Shown in pieces: positions 23,771-32,000 of a stretch of 32,000 nucleotides of DNA. The stretch lies in contig NZ_CP074694.1 in the NCBI RefSeq assembly GCF_018398935.1, forward strand, positions 930,001 to 962,000. Reading direction: 5' to 3'. The notes beneath the pieces are model-generated. The model did no database searches and was not told the DNA's origin. It was given only the letters and a program-made list of their open reading frames with translations. This DNA comes from Telmatocola sphagniphila. Its GTDB lineage: Bacteria; Planctomycetota; Planctomycetia; Gemmatales; Gemmataceae. A program made the position numbers and the translations under genes. Numbering within the stretch: position 1 is the stretch's first letter; every line of letters begins with the position of its first letter.

Positions 23771-25297
23771 GTGAGCGAACCCATTCGTTGTCTCTCCGAC
23801 GATGCGATTATTACAGGCTGGGATTTCTCCACCGGTTCGGTGAAATGTCTGGCTTTCGATCTCCAGGGAAAGGTCCTTGCGGAATCCCGCTATCCCACCG
23901 ATTTGTATACCGAAGGGGGAGTTTCGGAACTGAATCTCATGCTACTCGAAGGGCAGGCCCGCTCCACGACACGCGATATCGTCGATCAGTTGAAACAGCT
24001 AAAGAAAGACGGAAGCTGGGTGGCGGGTGGGATCTCCGCCACGCATCACACGGCTGGCCGCATCGATAAATCCTTCAACCCGATTCGGCGGGCCATCTGC
24101 TGGAATGATCAAACCCTGGCGGAATTTCACGCCGTGGGCCTGCATCGGCTGGGCGGGGCTTCGCAGGTGCAAGAACTGCTCGGTGGCCCCTGGGCAGTCA
24201 GGTATTCCCTGAGCCATCTAGTGAAGGACGAGACGACCTTGTCCCCGGAACAGTGGGTGAAAACCTGGCGAATGTTACCTCATGGCCCCCTCGCCTCGGG
24301 ATATCTCACCGGAAATTTTAACGTCATCAGTATCTCTTCCGCCTCTTCAACGGGGATCATGAATTTTCGAACGGCCAAATGGGCCAAGGGCATGCTCGAC
24401 GCCCTTCAGAACCTCGAGTATCGGAAACTGGCCTGGTCGAATCTGCCCAAAATCATCGACATGAAACAACCGGTCGGCGAGCTTTCCAAAACGTTATGCG
24501 AAGAGACCAAACTCGTTTCAGCTCCGATCATTTACCCGACCCTCGACGATCAGGCCGCCGGGCTGGTAGGAGGCGGTGCCGTCGATGACGGTCAAGTGGC
24601 CATCATTCTCGGCAACTCGGCGGTTGTAAATTCCTCCGCGAAGACGCCGCCGCAATACGATTCGCTGGATGCCATGCGACTCAACTGGGGTCCCTATCTT
24701 TGGATGCGCTGTTACAGCAACGGCGCCCAATTTTTGGATCGGCTGCTGGGCCCAAAACCGGATTGGGCCAAACTGGAGGCCGAGGCACGAAAAATCCCGC
24801 CGGGATGCAACGGCGTGAGCGTACTTCCTTTCGTGCTTGCCGAACCCTCCTTAAACGTACATAAGCCGCGCTTGGTCTGGACTCCAAAAAAGCCTAGTAA
24901 ACCGGGCATTATTTTCCGGGCGGCCCTCGAAGCCCTCGCTTACCTGATCGCCGTCGGAGTGAAAGAGCATCAGCGCTGCGGCCAGAAGATCAAACGGATT
25001 ACGGTCTCCGGAGGGATTTCTCGCAGTAGCCTGATGCTGGAAATTCTGGCCAGCGTTCTGAACCATCGACTCGATCGGGTTCAATCGAATGAAGGAACTG
25101 CGCTCGGAGCGGCCGTTTGTGCCTTGGCCGGGCACGAGATGAATCTTCGAAAGCAGAAGGGAATTGCGACGAAGTTCACCGTGGCGGATGCGGTCGCTCA
25201 GATGATTCACTTCTCCGAACCAGTGCAACCGATTCCGGAATTAGTGCCGACCTACAGTGTGGAACTCAAGAAGTTTGAAGCCACTCTGAAGAGCTAA
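23771..25297 (+). CDS. FGGY-family carbohydrate kinase (xylulokinase-like)
   Basis: 508-aa ORF with a GTG start. It has the N-terminal 'ITGWDFSTGSVKCLAFDLQGKVLAE' and the C-terminal 'ITVSGGISRSSLMLEILASVLNHRLDRVQSNEGTALGAAVCA' (FGGY C-terminal signature). Confidence 0.85.
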   Translation: MSEPIRCLSDDAIITGWDFSTGSVKCLAFDLQGKVLAESRYPTDLYTEGGVSELNLMLLEGQARSTTRDIVDQLKQLKKDGSWVAGGISATHHTAGRIDKSFNPIRRAICWNDQTLAEFHAVGLHRLGGASQVQELLGGPWAVRYSLSHLVKDETTLSPEQWVKTWRMLPHGPLASGYLTGNFNVISISSASSTGIMNFRTAKWAKGMLDALQNLEYRKLAWSNLPKIIDMKQPVGELSKTLCEETKLVSAPIIYPTLDDQAAGLVGGGAVDDGQVAIILGNSAVVNSSAKTPPQYDSLDAMRLNWGPYLWMRCYSNGAQFLDRLLGPKPDWAKLEAEARKIPPGCNGVSVLPFVLAEPSLNVHKPRLVWTPKKPSKPGIIFRAALEALAYLIAVGVKEHQRCGQKIKRITVSGGISRSSLMLEILASVLNHRLDRVQSNEGTALGAAVCALAGHEMNLRKQKGIATKFTVADAVAQMIHFSEPVQPIPELVPTYSVELKKFEATLKS

Positions 25298-25303
25298 AAA
25301 TGC

Positions 25304-25335
25304 CGAGGGGCGATCCCAAATGGGATCGCCCCTCG
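25304..25335. terminator. Shared terminator hairpin between convergent kinase and lipoprotein genes
   Basis: Near-palindromic 15-nt arms (25304-25318 cgaggggcgatccca / 25321-25335 tgggatcgcccctcg). On the minus-strand RNA the hairpin is followed by GCAUUUUUAG. There is no U-tract on the plus side. Confidence 0.65.
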
Positions 25336-25358
25336 CAAATAAAGTTCAGTACTTCAAG

Positions 25359-25760
25359 TTAAATGCTATTTACTTTGACCTTGGCCGAGGTGCTTTTATG
25401 GTCGGCCTGGATGTAAATGTGAAATTCCTGCTTGGCAGGGATTTGAACCTCGAAAGAAGCCTCCTTCACTTTGAGCTTCTTTTCCAGCCAAAGCGGCGTT
25501 TCGCTCTTCAGAGCCATAATGGCGTCCTCCGCTTTCTCCGCGTCTTTATGTAGGAAGACGTAAACATTGACGGGCTCGGTCGCACCGCTGATCTCCACTC
25601 GAACTTTCTGATCTTTGGTCGGTCCGTCGATGATGCGATTAAATGCGGAATCCGCGCTGATGTTCGCATCGGCTTCGAAGCGAACCTTGGATGCACAGCC
25701 CGATAAGAGAAAGCAGATCCCCAGACAGAAAACGCCCAGGATCGAAGAAAGGTACTTCAT
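25359..25760 (-). CDS. Small lipoprotein of unknown function
   Basis: 133-aa ORF. The signal peptide has a lipobox, 'FLLSGC|ASK'. The remainder has a beta-rich pattern. No family recognised. Confidence 0.6.
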   Translation of the reverse strand: MKYLSSILGVFCLGICFLLSGCASKVRFEADANISADSAFNRIIDGPTKDQKVRVEISGATEPVNVYVFLHKDAEKAEDAIMALKSETPLWLEKKLKVKEASFEVQIPAKQEFHIYIQADHKSTSAKVKVNSI

Positions 25761-25771
25761 GGTGGCTATCC

Positions 25772-25816
25772 AAAAAAAGACCGAAGTTTGCCTTACGGTA
25801 AAGCAGACTTCGGTCT
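25772..25816 (-). terminator. Intrinsic terminator between the 603-aa secreted-protein gene and the lipoprotein gene
   Basis: 10-bp perfect stem (25778-25787 agaccgaagt / 25807-25816 acttcggtct) with a 19-nt loop. On the minus-strand RNA it is followed directly by UUUUUUU (25772-25778). The U-tract ends 11 nt before the lipoprotein ATG (25760). Confidence 0.7.
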
Positions 25817-25838
25817 AATTCAAGCACCAATTTAAAAA

Positions 25839-27650
25839 TCAGTCACCTTGATTCATCAAAGGCTTAACCACGTCGGCTACAGTTTTGATGGTTTGCGAGG
25901 GGACGAACAGATCGAATCCGCCATGTTCCGGCTTCAGAGTCACACTGAGCCCGAAGAAGGACTTCGGCGCATTCTTGTCGATTTTCAGCTCAGGAATCTG
26001 AAGGGCATCCGCACCCGGAATCATCTTGGGAATCTCTTTAACATATCCGTAGATGGAGTTCAAAAGGGAGTTGGATTCGATCAGAGTCAGGAAAGTAACG
26101 TCTTTCGGTAAGCTGTTTCGAGTCAGCTTATAAGCTGCTGAGTCGCCCACCGTGTCGGATTTCTTGGCGCTGCCGGCCTTCAGGCTCAGATAGGATTCGA
26201 CCTGCTTCTTGGCGGACTCCCAATCCTTGGCGGTTACCTGAAGCACGGATTTGTCGTCGCGGGCCAGCCACATCGACATGCCATCCCCGCCCATCAGTTT
26301 GTTTAAAACGGCCTTCATCGATTCTTTGGCTTCTTCGGGAATATTCTGATCTGCAATTGCTTTATCGAAGTCGAACTTCATCTTCACTGAGGTAAACGAG
26401 AGAGCTCCGACCTTTTCGGCATTCTCCTTGATGGCGGGTTTGCTCTTCAGAGGAGTGCTTCCGAAGGATGAAGTTTCAGTCAGACAGTTATACATCTGCA
26501 TCTGGGCCGCAAAAGCCGCTTCACCATTTTCGTAACTATTCATTGTAATCCCACTGATCGGAGCCAGATCGGCAAACGAAACCGTATCAATCTGACCGGC
26601 CGCCTGCAGGGCTTCTGCCGCCTTCTCCAGTTTGGCTTTCACATCTTCGTTAGAATCATCAGCGGTCGACATTTGTATAAGTTTGCTGAGCAATTTGCTC
26701 TTGGCCGACAATTGCATCGCACTGTAAACGCCTTTGCCATCAGGAAGGGCACCCAGCTTCGCCATTTCGGTAGGTTTGAGGTCTTTCAGGAACGCGCTGG
26801 TATCGGTATCCTTGGTGAATTGCGACTGAATTTTCAGCGAAACACCTTCGCCTTTCAGCGACAACCCCACCAGGATCGCTTTACTATCTTCGAGGATTTG
26901 GAAGACGCCGAGAATCATATCCTTGGCCAATTCCAATTGTTTCTTGTCCAAACCACCGGCCGCTCCACCTTGAGCGAGAGCGAGATCGACGAGCGATTTC
27001 GCGCCCTTGATCTGAGCTCCGTAGAGGTTGTTGATCTCAATCATGTTGACAAAAATACAGAAGTCCGAGTTGGTGAAGGAGGCTTCAACCTCTGCGCTGA
27101 CTTTACCCTTTAGCGAGGTGAATTTGCCGGAGTATTCCTTGGCATATTCCTTCTGGGAACTCAATACGACAGTTTCGCCCTTATTGAGAAGATAAAGCGG
27201 CTTCTCTTCGATGGTCAGGACATCCAAGCCGTCTTCTTTCTTCAAGGTTTTGAGTTCGTCGGCCTTGAAGGTGGTTTTGAAGTCATCGTATTTGAGGACC
27301 GGCACGATCAGTGCCACGTTGGGATTTTCGTTACCGCTCAGCTCGGCCAGATTCGGCAGTAGCACGTAGATCGGTTTGGCTTTGTCCAGACCTTTGAGAT
27401 CGCGGCCGTCGGTGGCTTGTTTCAAGCCTTCCTTGAGCTGCTTCATCAGCTTTTCCGATTTATCGGGGAAAGCGGTTTTCAAGAAGGCTCCCACCTTCTG
27501 CTCGACTGCATCGAGGCCGGGAACTTTCACCACGATGGGCGTTTTTTCCGGGAACAAACCGAATGGGGTTTGAGCGTTGGCGGAAGAGTTCCAGGCCGCG
27601 AAACCGGCGAAGGCAACGAAGAGGCTGAGCATCAAGCGGAAGCGTCTCAT
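25839..27650 (-). CDS. Secreted protein of unknown function (Lys/Glu/Ala-rich, 603 aa)
   Basis: Signal peptide 'MRRFRLMLSLFVAFAGFAAWNSSANA|Q'. It is a long uninterrupted ORF with no confidently recognised domain. Confidence 0.6.
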   Translation of the reverse strand: MRRFRLMLSLFVAFAGFAAWNSSANAQTPFGLFPEKTPIVVKVPGLDAVEQKVGAFLKTAFPDKSEKLMKQLKEGLKQATDGRDLKGLDKAKPIYVLLPNLAELSGNENPNVALIVPVLKYDDFKTTFKADELKTLKKEDGLDVLTIEEKPLYLLNKGETVVLSSQKEYAKEYSGKFTSLKGKVSAEVEASFTNSDFCIFVNMIEINNLYGAQIKGAKSLVDLALAQGGAAGGLDKKQLELAKDMILGVFQILEDSKAILVGLSLKGEGVSLKIQSQFTKDTDTSAFLKDLKPTEMAKLGALPDGKGVYSAMQLSAKSKLLSKLIQMSTADDSNEDVKAKLEKAAEALQAAGQIDTVSFADLAPISGITMNSYENGEAAFAAQMQMYNCLTETSSFGSTPLKSKPAIKENAEKVGALSFTSVKMKFDFDKAIADQNIPEEAKESMKAVLNKLMGGDGMSMWLARDDKSVLQVTAKDWESAKKQVESYLSLKAGSAKKSDTVGDSAAYKLTRNSLPKDVTFLTLIESNSLLNSIYGYVKEIPKMIPGADALQIPELKIDKNAPKSFFGLSVTLKPEHGGFDLFVPSQTIKTVADVVKPLMNQGD

Positions 27651-27803
27651 TGCGAGTCCTTTAATAAGTGAAAAGAAATTCCAAAGCTAAGCTATCCCGA
27701 TATTCGCTTCCCGACTATAAGAATTGTCGAGTTGCGCGTAAATCTTCAATTTCGCAAAAGTACGAAGTCCAGACGATCCAAACCTCGAAATCTTTCGGCA
27801 ATT

Positions 27804-29051
27804 TTATCGGGATCTGACAGAGGGAGCGGGATACTGTTGGCAAAGGGCGGCCACCTCTGCCTTGATTTTAGCCAATATCGATTTGTCTTCCGGTGCGGTA
27901 AGCACCCGATCGATCCAGCGGGCGATCTGCTTCATTTCCGCTTCTTTCATGCCGCGCGTGGTCAGGGCCGGGGTTCCAATACGAATGCCGGAGGGATCGA
28001 GCGGCGGCCGGGGATCGTAAGGAATCATGTTCTTGTTGATCGTAATGCCGGCTTCATCCAGGGCATGCTCGGCCACCTTGCCCGTGGTGCCTTTCGCGGT
28101 GACATCGACCAGCATCAAATGATTATCCGTGCCGCCCGAGACGATTTTGAAACCGGCGGACAACAGTTCTTCGCATAAGAACTTGGCATTCTTTAGGACC
28201 TGAGACTGATATTCTTTGAAACTCGGCTCGCCGGCTTCCTTAAAAGCCACGGCTTTACCCGCAATCACATGCATAAGTGGCCCCCCCTGGATGCCGGGGA
28301 AAACCGCCGAATTGATTTTCTGACCCCAATCCTGCCGAGACAGAATGAAGCCGCCGCGCGGCCCGCGCAGAGTTTTATGGGTCGTGCTAGTGACGAAATC
28401 GGCGTAGGGAACCGGATCGGGATGCAACTTCGCGGCGACCAGCCCGGCGATGTGAGCCATATCGACCATCAGTAATGCGCCGACTTCCTTGGAAATCTCC
28501 GCGAATTTCGCGAAGTCTAGCAGACGGGGATAGGCCGAAGCCCCGGCAATAATCAGTTTCGGTTTGTGTTCCCGGGCCAGTTTGGAAACGGCATCGAAAT
28601 CGATTCGATGCGATACCGGATCCACCGGATAACCCACCGGTCGAAAATACTTGCCGGAGATGTTCAGCTTCATGCCGTGGGTCAGGTGTCCGCCATGAGC
28701 GAGGTCGAGCCCGAGAAAACAATCGCCGGGAGAGAGAGTCGCCAGGAAAACCGCCATGTTGGCCTGGGCACCGGAGTGGGGTTGCACATTGGCTCGCTCA
28801 GCACCGAATAAGGCGCAAAGCCGATCGATGGCCAATTTCTCGACGACATCGACGTTTTCGCAGCCGCCGTAGTATCGCTTGCCCGGATACCCTTCCGCGT
28901 ACTTGTTGGTCAACTCCGAGCCCTGGGCTTCCATCACGGCGGGACTGGTATAGTTTTCGGAGGCAATCATCTCCAGACCCGTCTGCTGGCGCTGGCGTTC
29001 AGCCTGGATAGCATCCCAGATTTGCGGATCGGCATTTTTCAGAATCGACAT
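27804..29051 (-). CDS. glyA: Serine hydroxymethyltransferase
   Basis: 415-aa ORF. '[40 protein letters not shown]' and the PLP-Lys region '[15 protein letters not shown]' are diagnostic. Confidence 0.97.
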   Translation of the reverse strand: MSILKNADPQIWDAIQAERQRQQTGLEMIASENYTSPAVMEAQGSELTNKYAEGYPGKRYYGGCENVDVVEKLAIDRLCALFGAERANVQPHSGAQANMAVFLATLSPGDCFLGLDLAHGGHLTHGMKLNISGKYFRPVGYPVDPVSHRIDFDAVSKLAREHKPKLIIAGASAYPRLLDFAKFAEISKEVGALLMVDMAHIAGLVAAKLHPDPVPYADFVTSTTHKTLRGPRGGFILSRQDWGQKINSAVFPGIQGGPLMHVIAGKAVAFKEAGEPSFKEYQSQVLKNAKFLCEELLSAGFKIVSGGTDNHLMLVDVTAKGTTGKVAEHALDEAGITINKNMIPYDPRPPLDPSGIRIGTPALTTRGMKEAEMKQIARWIDRVLTAPEDKSILAKIKAEVAALCQQYPAPSVRSR

Positions 29052-29114
29052 CGAGCGGCCTTCTCTAGTTGAAAAAATCGTTGAGTTACTAATTATAGTG
29101 TCTCTGGCTGGGAA

Positions 29115-29723
29115 TTACCCGAGTCGAATGCCGTGATCCACCAGCAATTCGGAGAGTTTGCTGCCGCGGGAGTAAACCAGTCCCTGCCAGCCAAATTCCT
29201 GGGCTGCCTCGACGTTAGCGGGCAGATCGTCAACGAAAAGACACTCCGACTTATCGCAGTTGGCCCGTTCAAAAATGTACTGATAAAAAGCGAGCTTGGG
29301 TTTGCGGGCCTTCGCTTCGAACGAGGTTCCCAGAAAGTGAAAGTGTTGCAAATCCTTTTCAAATTGTCGGCGGAATTGCTGGTAATGCGCTTCGTTGGTG
29401 TTGGAGGCTAACAGCAGGCGGTAGTTTTTCCGGATTTCTGGAAGGAGATCGATCACATCCGGGTTGGGCCAAAAGATGCGGACGAAGGCATCGATGTATT
29501 GGTCGTAGGTGCAGTCGATCTCGCAGATCCGCCGAACGGTTTCCACGAACTCCGCCGTGGATATTCGTCCCGCTTCGTAATCGTCTTCGAGATTACCCTC
29601 GTAAATTCGCTTGCGAATCTCGGCCGAACTCAGCGGCGTCAACGGTTTGATCTTATCGATCGCGCGCTGGTGATCGAAGAAAGCCACCACGTTTCCAAAA
29701 TCGAGAATTATTGTTTTGATCAT
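29115..29723 (-). CDS. HAD-superfamily hydrolase, subfamily IA (YihX-like motif I)
   Basis: 202-aa ORF. Motif I 'IILDFGNVV' is the DxGxV variant seen in YihX-type phosphatases. It also has 'LLASNTN' (motif II) and 'ECLFVDDLPANVEAAQEFGWQG' (motifs III/IV). Confidence 0.8.
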   Translation of the reverse strand: MIKTIILDFGNVVAFFDHQRAIDKIKPLTPLSSAEIRKRIYEGNLEDDYEAGRISTAEFVETVRRICEIDCTYDQYIDAFVRIFWPNPDVIDLLPEIRKNYRLLLASNTNEAHYQQFRRQFEKDLQHFHFLGTSFEAKARKPKLAFYQYIFERANCDKSECLFVDDLPANVEAAQEFGWQGLVYSRGSKLSELLVDHGIRLG

Positions 29724-29727
29724 GCCG

Positions 29728-30750
29728 CTATTTTAGAGGCCAGGCGAAACGGACCAGTTCTCCGTGCGGTATCTTGGCATCCATGGATGCGAAGCCGACC
29801 CACAGCGATTTGTTTTGGGGCTCCTCTGCCACCGTGTTGGCGTTTCCCTGAGGCAGTTCAGATCCGTACAAAAACTTGGCGGATGCCAGTTCCCAGATGC
29901 TCAGGTAGCCGTGACTTTTTTTTCCCGGACCGACCGCCACCAGATATTTGTTGTCCGGAGTCAACTTCAGAGCATAGATCGCGTTCGGATGAGATTGGTT
30001 TTTGAATTCGGGATGCGCGAGACGATGAGCCACCTTCGCTTCTGCAAAATTCCAGATATTGATGGATCGATCGGCTGAACCGCTCAGGAGCCATTTGCCA
30101 TCGGCGGACAACTCCGAGCAGAGCACCTGATCCCAGTGTCCCAAGGGATTGTTTTTTTCGTCGAAGGGCCGAAATTCGCGAATGAGTTTTCCATCCCCGG
30201 CATCGAAAAGCTTCAGACTCTTGTCGAGTGAGGAACTCAAGAGTTGCCGGCCATCACTCGTCCAGCGAATCGAATAGATCGGGCTGGGCTTAGGCTGGTT
30301 GTGTGCGTTAATGGTTCGTAAGGTCTGACCCTTTTCCACATTCCAAATTCGCAGTAGGCCATCGTGACAGCAAGTGGCCAACTGCTTACCTTCCGGATGC
30401 CAGTTCGAAGCAAAAACTGTATTCGGATGGCCGAACGATTTGATAGCCGTTTGTTCGCTGCGCGTGGCCTTGACCGGATTCAGTTCCCAAATCTTCGCGG
30501 AGTTATCCATGCTGGTGGTGGCGAAGAGACTGCCATCGGGAGAAAGACTGAGGCTCAGCAATCCCGCTTGGCGGCTGCCCGGCGTGCCAAAGGTCCGCAG
30601 CTTTTCCCCGGTCTCGCGATTCCACTGCACGACAGTTCTGTCAAAACTCGAGGAAAACAGCCATTTTTCCCGAGGATGAAGCGCGAGCCCCGTCACATCC
30701 TCAGCCTGGCCAGCAAGAGACTTTTTCACTTCGAGAGGGGGAAATTCCAT
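29728..30750 (-). CDS. WD40 (beta-propeller) repeat protein
   Basis: 340-aa ORF with repeated units ending in WD-like dipeptides ('TVVQWN', 'SAKIWE', 'LLRIWN', 'SLKLFD', 'SINIWN', 'YLSIWE'). No signal peptide. Confidence 0.85.
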   Translation of the reverse strand: MEFPPLEVKKSLAGQAEDVTGLALHPREKWLFSSSFDRTVVQWNRETGEKLRTFGTPGSRQAGLLSLSLSPDGSLFATTSMDNSAKIWELNPVKATRSEQTAIKSFGHPNTVFASNWHPEGKQLATCCHDGLLRIWNVEKGQTLRTINAHNQPKPSPIYSIRWTSDGRQLLSSSLDKSLKLFDAGDGKLIREFRPFDEKNNPLGHWDQVLCSELSADGKWLLSGSADRSINIWNFAEAKVAHRLAHPEFKNQSHPNAIYALKLTPDNKYLVAVGPGKKSHGYLSIWELASAKFLYGSELPQGNANTVAEEPQNKSLWVGFASMDAKIPHGELVRFAWPLK

Positions 30751-30753
30751 GGC

Positions 30754-31920
30754 TCAATTATACTCCAGGGCCAGGATGGTGAAATCGTCCGGATGCCGGG
30801 AAACCTCCAGCAGATCGCGAGCCACCTGGTCGACGAACTGCTGCAAAGGTAATGCGCGGTGTTTCCGAGTCGATTCAAGCAGGCGGTCATTCGAACTACC
30901 ACTTCCACCTGCGTTCGGTGGATTGATACCGTCGGTCGTAATCACCAGTTTGTCCCCGGGCTTCAATGTTTTTTCATGCTCCGGATAGTCGGATTCAAAA
31001 ATTCCCAGCAGCGAACCGGCGGAGTACCAGTACTCTACCTCACCTTCGGCGGGAACCAGCAAGGGATGAGGGTGGGCTGCTCGGGAGAAACGAAGCGTAC
31101 CGTTTTTGGTATCGAGGATGCCATAAATCATCGTCACGAACGGCGGTTCGGGCATCGCCAGGGCGACCAGATCGTGATTCAGCCGATTCAAAACTTCGGC
31201 GGGCGGCACCAGACGGTAACCTTCTTTGCCAATCTCCTTCAGGTAGAGTGCCCGCTTGACGAAGATACTCAACAAACTGCTGGCCGGTAGTCCCCGGCCC
31301 ATGGCGTCGGCCACGTAGAAGCCGATATGGTTTTCATCGAGACGGAGTACGTCGTAAAAATCGCCGCCGATTCGACTGCGGGGCCGATAGCAGACTGCGA
31401 AACGCGTGCCATCGACTTCCGGCAAGGTTTTGGGCAGGAAGCCGCGGTGAATGCGGCGAGTCAGTTCGAGATCGTTGTCGATCTGCTGATAAGCCTGCTG
31501 CAAGCGAAGGTTAATCTGATTCGATTCGTTGGCGCGAAATAGCAGGCGATCGTGGATATGCTGGGCCCGCAGGAGAGCTTTGACTTGAGCGAGGAGAAAA
31601 TCGATTGGGACATTTCGGGATAGGCAAATATCAGCGCCCGATTCCAACGCGAGAGAATTCAGCTGACTCGACTCCTGCAACCAGATAATGGGAACATATT
31701 GATCCCCAAGTTCCAGCCTCCAGCGCCGGCACAGAGCCAAAGCCTGAGGAGAGTTCCCTTCGCTCGGAAAAAGAACGATGATTTGGGATTGCGTGACATT
31801 CGAAATATTCGACCCCGACAGTGGCTGCGCGATGACCGGAAAATTCTGGGACTGAAATAATTTCAGAATCTCCGGGGGGATTGGGTCGCCTACCAGCAAA
31901 ATTCTCGGGATTGCATTCAT
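30754..31920 (-). CDS. PP2C/SpoIIE-family (RsbU-like) serine phosphatase with N-terminal pseudo-receiver domain
   Basis: 388-aa ORF. The C-terminal half has 'RIHRGFLPKTLPEVDG', 'IGGDFYDV', 'GFYVADAMGRGLPASSL' and 'LVITTDGI', all SpoIIE/PP2C motifs. The N-terminal ~120 aa follow a CheY-like pattern ('ILLVGDP ... IIVLFPSEG ... PIIWLQES ... ADICLSRNVPIDFLLAQVKALL') but have Phe-Pro-Ser where the phospho-acceptor Asp should be. Confidence 0.8.
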   Translation of the reverse strand: MNAIPRILLVGDPIPPEILKLFQSQNFPVIAQPLSGSNISNVTQSQIIVLFPSEGNSPQALALCRRWRLELGDQYVPIIWLQESSQLNSLALESGADICLSRNVPIDFLLAQVKALLRAQHIHDRLLFRANESNQINLRLQQAYQQIDNDLELTRRIHRGFLPKTLPEVDGTRFAVCYRPRSRIGGDFYDVLRLDENHIGFYVADAMGRGLPASSLLSIFVKRALYLKEIGKEGYRLVPPAEVLNRLNHDLVALAMPEPPFVTMIYGILDTKNGTLRFSRAAHPHPLLVPAEGEVEYWYSAGSLLGIFESDYPEHEKTLKPGDKLVITTDGINPPNAGGSGSSNDRLLESTRKHRALPLQQFVDQVARDLLEVSRHPDDFTILALEYN

Positions 31921-32000
31921 CGATTCTTTCCTTGTCCCTCAATCTCGTTAGCTATTTTAGCCCGACTTGCCGGTGAAACGATGCGTATTTTTAAGAAGTG

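Noticed and set aside
29092-29097. TATAAT hexamers on the relevant strand upstream of glyA (29092-29097), lepB (10831-10836) and the LarA-like gene (16785-16790) as promoter -10 boxes.
   Set aside because: No acceptable -35 element lies at 16-19 nt spacing in any case, and promoter consensus for this lineage is uncertain. I note them only as weak candidates.
1-32000. Search for CRISPR arrays, IS elements, integrases, phage genes, toxin-antitoxin pairs or classical defence-system genes.
   Set aside because: No direct-repeat arrays, terminal inverted repeats, transposase/integrase-like ORFs or restriction/abortive-infection motifs were seen. The window looks like core chromosome, so the novel-system candidate is an envelope machine rather than a mobile defence island.
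31981-32000. Possible start of a divergent plus-strand gene (ATG CGT ATT TTT AAG AAG ..., MRIFKK).
   Set aside because: Only six full codons are visible before the window ends, so it cannot be supported.

Overview
Gene-dense chromosomal segment with about 31 supported CDSs, mostly on the minus strand. I found no rRNA, tRNA, CRISPR array, transposase, integrase or large repeat. The gene content suggests a Planctomycetota-type genome: paired Gfo/Idh/MocA oxidoreductase and xylose-isomerase-like TIM-barrel genes, a very long signal peptidase I, many lineage-specific secreted proteins, and weak Shine-Dalgarno use. This is an inference from content, not a database hit. Recognisable housekeeping genes are purC, glyA, truD, lpxD-lpxI, rfbB-rfbA, lepB, a YgfZ-like folate-binding protein, a RidA-family protein, an FGGY sugar kinase and a class I SAM methyltransferase. 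The standout is a tightly coupled minus-strand cluster at 4620-10778. It runs lepB, YbgC-like thioesterase, MotA/TolQ/ExbB-like channel, ExbD/TolR-like protein, a second 2-TM protein with an ExbD-like C-terminal domain, and a 761-aa membrane-anchored P-loop GTPase with a roughly 510-aa unrecognised extracytoplasmic region. The front half reproduces the ybgC-tolQ-tolR order of the E. coli tol-pal operon. Where tolA/tolB/pal would sit there is instead a paralogous ExbD-domain protein and a GTPase, a combination I cannot assign to any described system. Secondary observations are listed below:
- Intrinsic-terminator-like hairpins with U-tracts sit directly against downstream start codons at truD and at a lipoprotein gene.
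- A pseudo-receiver PP2C phosphatase, a WD40 protein and a HAD hydrolase form one operon.
- A LarA-fold protein and a GH10-like TIM-barrel protein both appear catalytically degenerate.
- Several convergent gene pairs have zero or negative spacing.
All domain calls are by-eye motif recognition; no searches were run.
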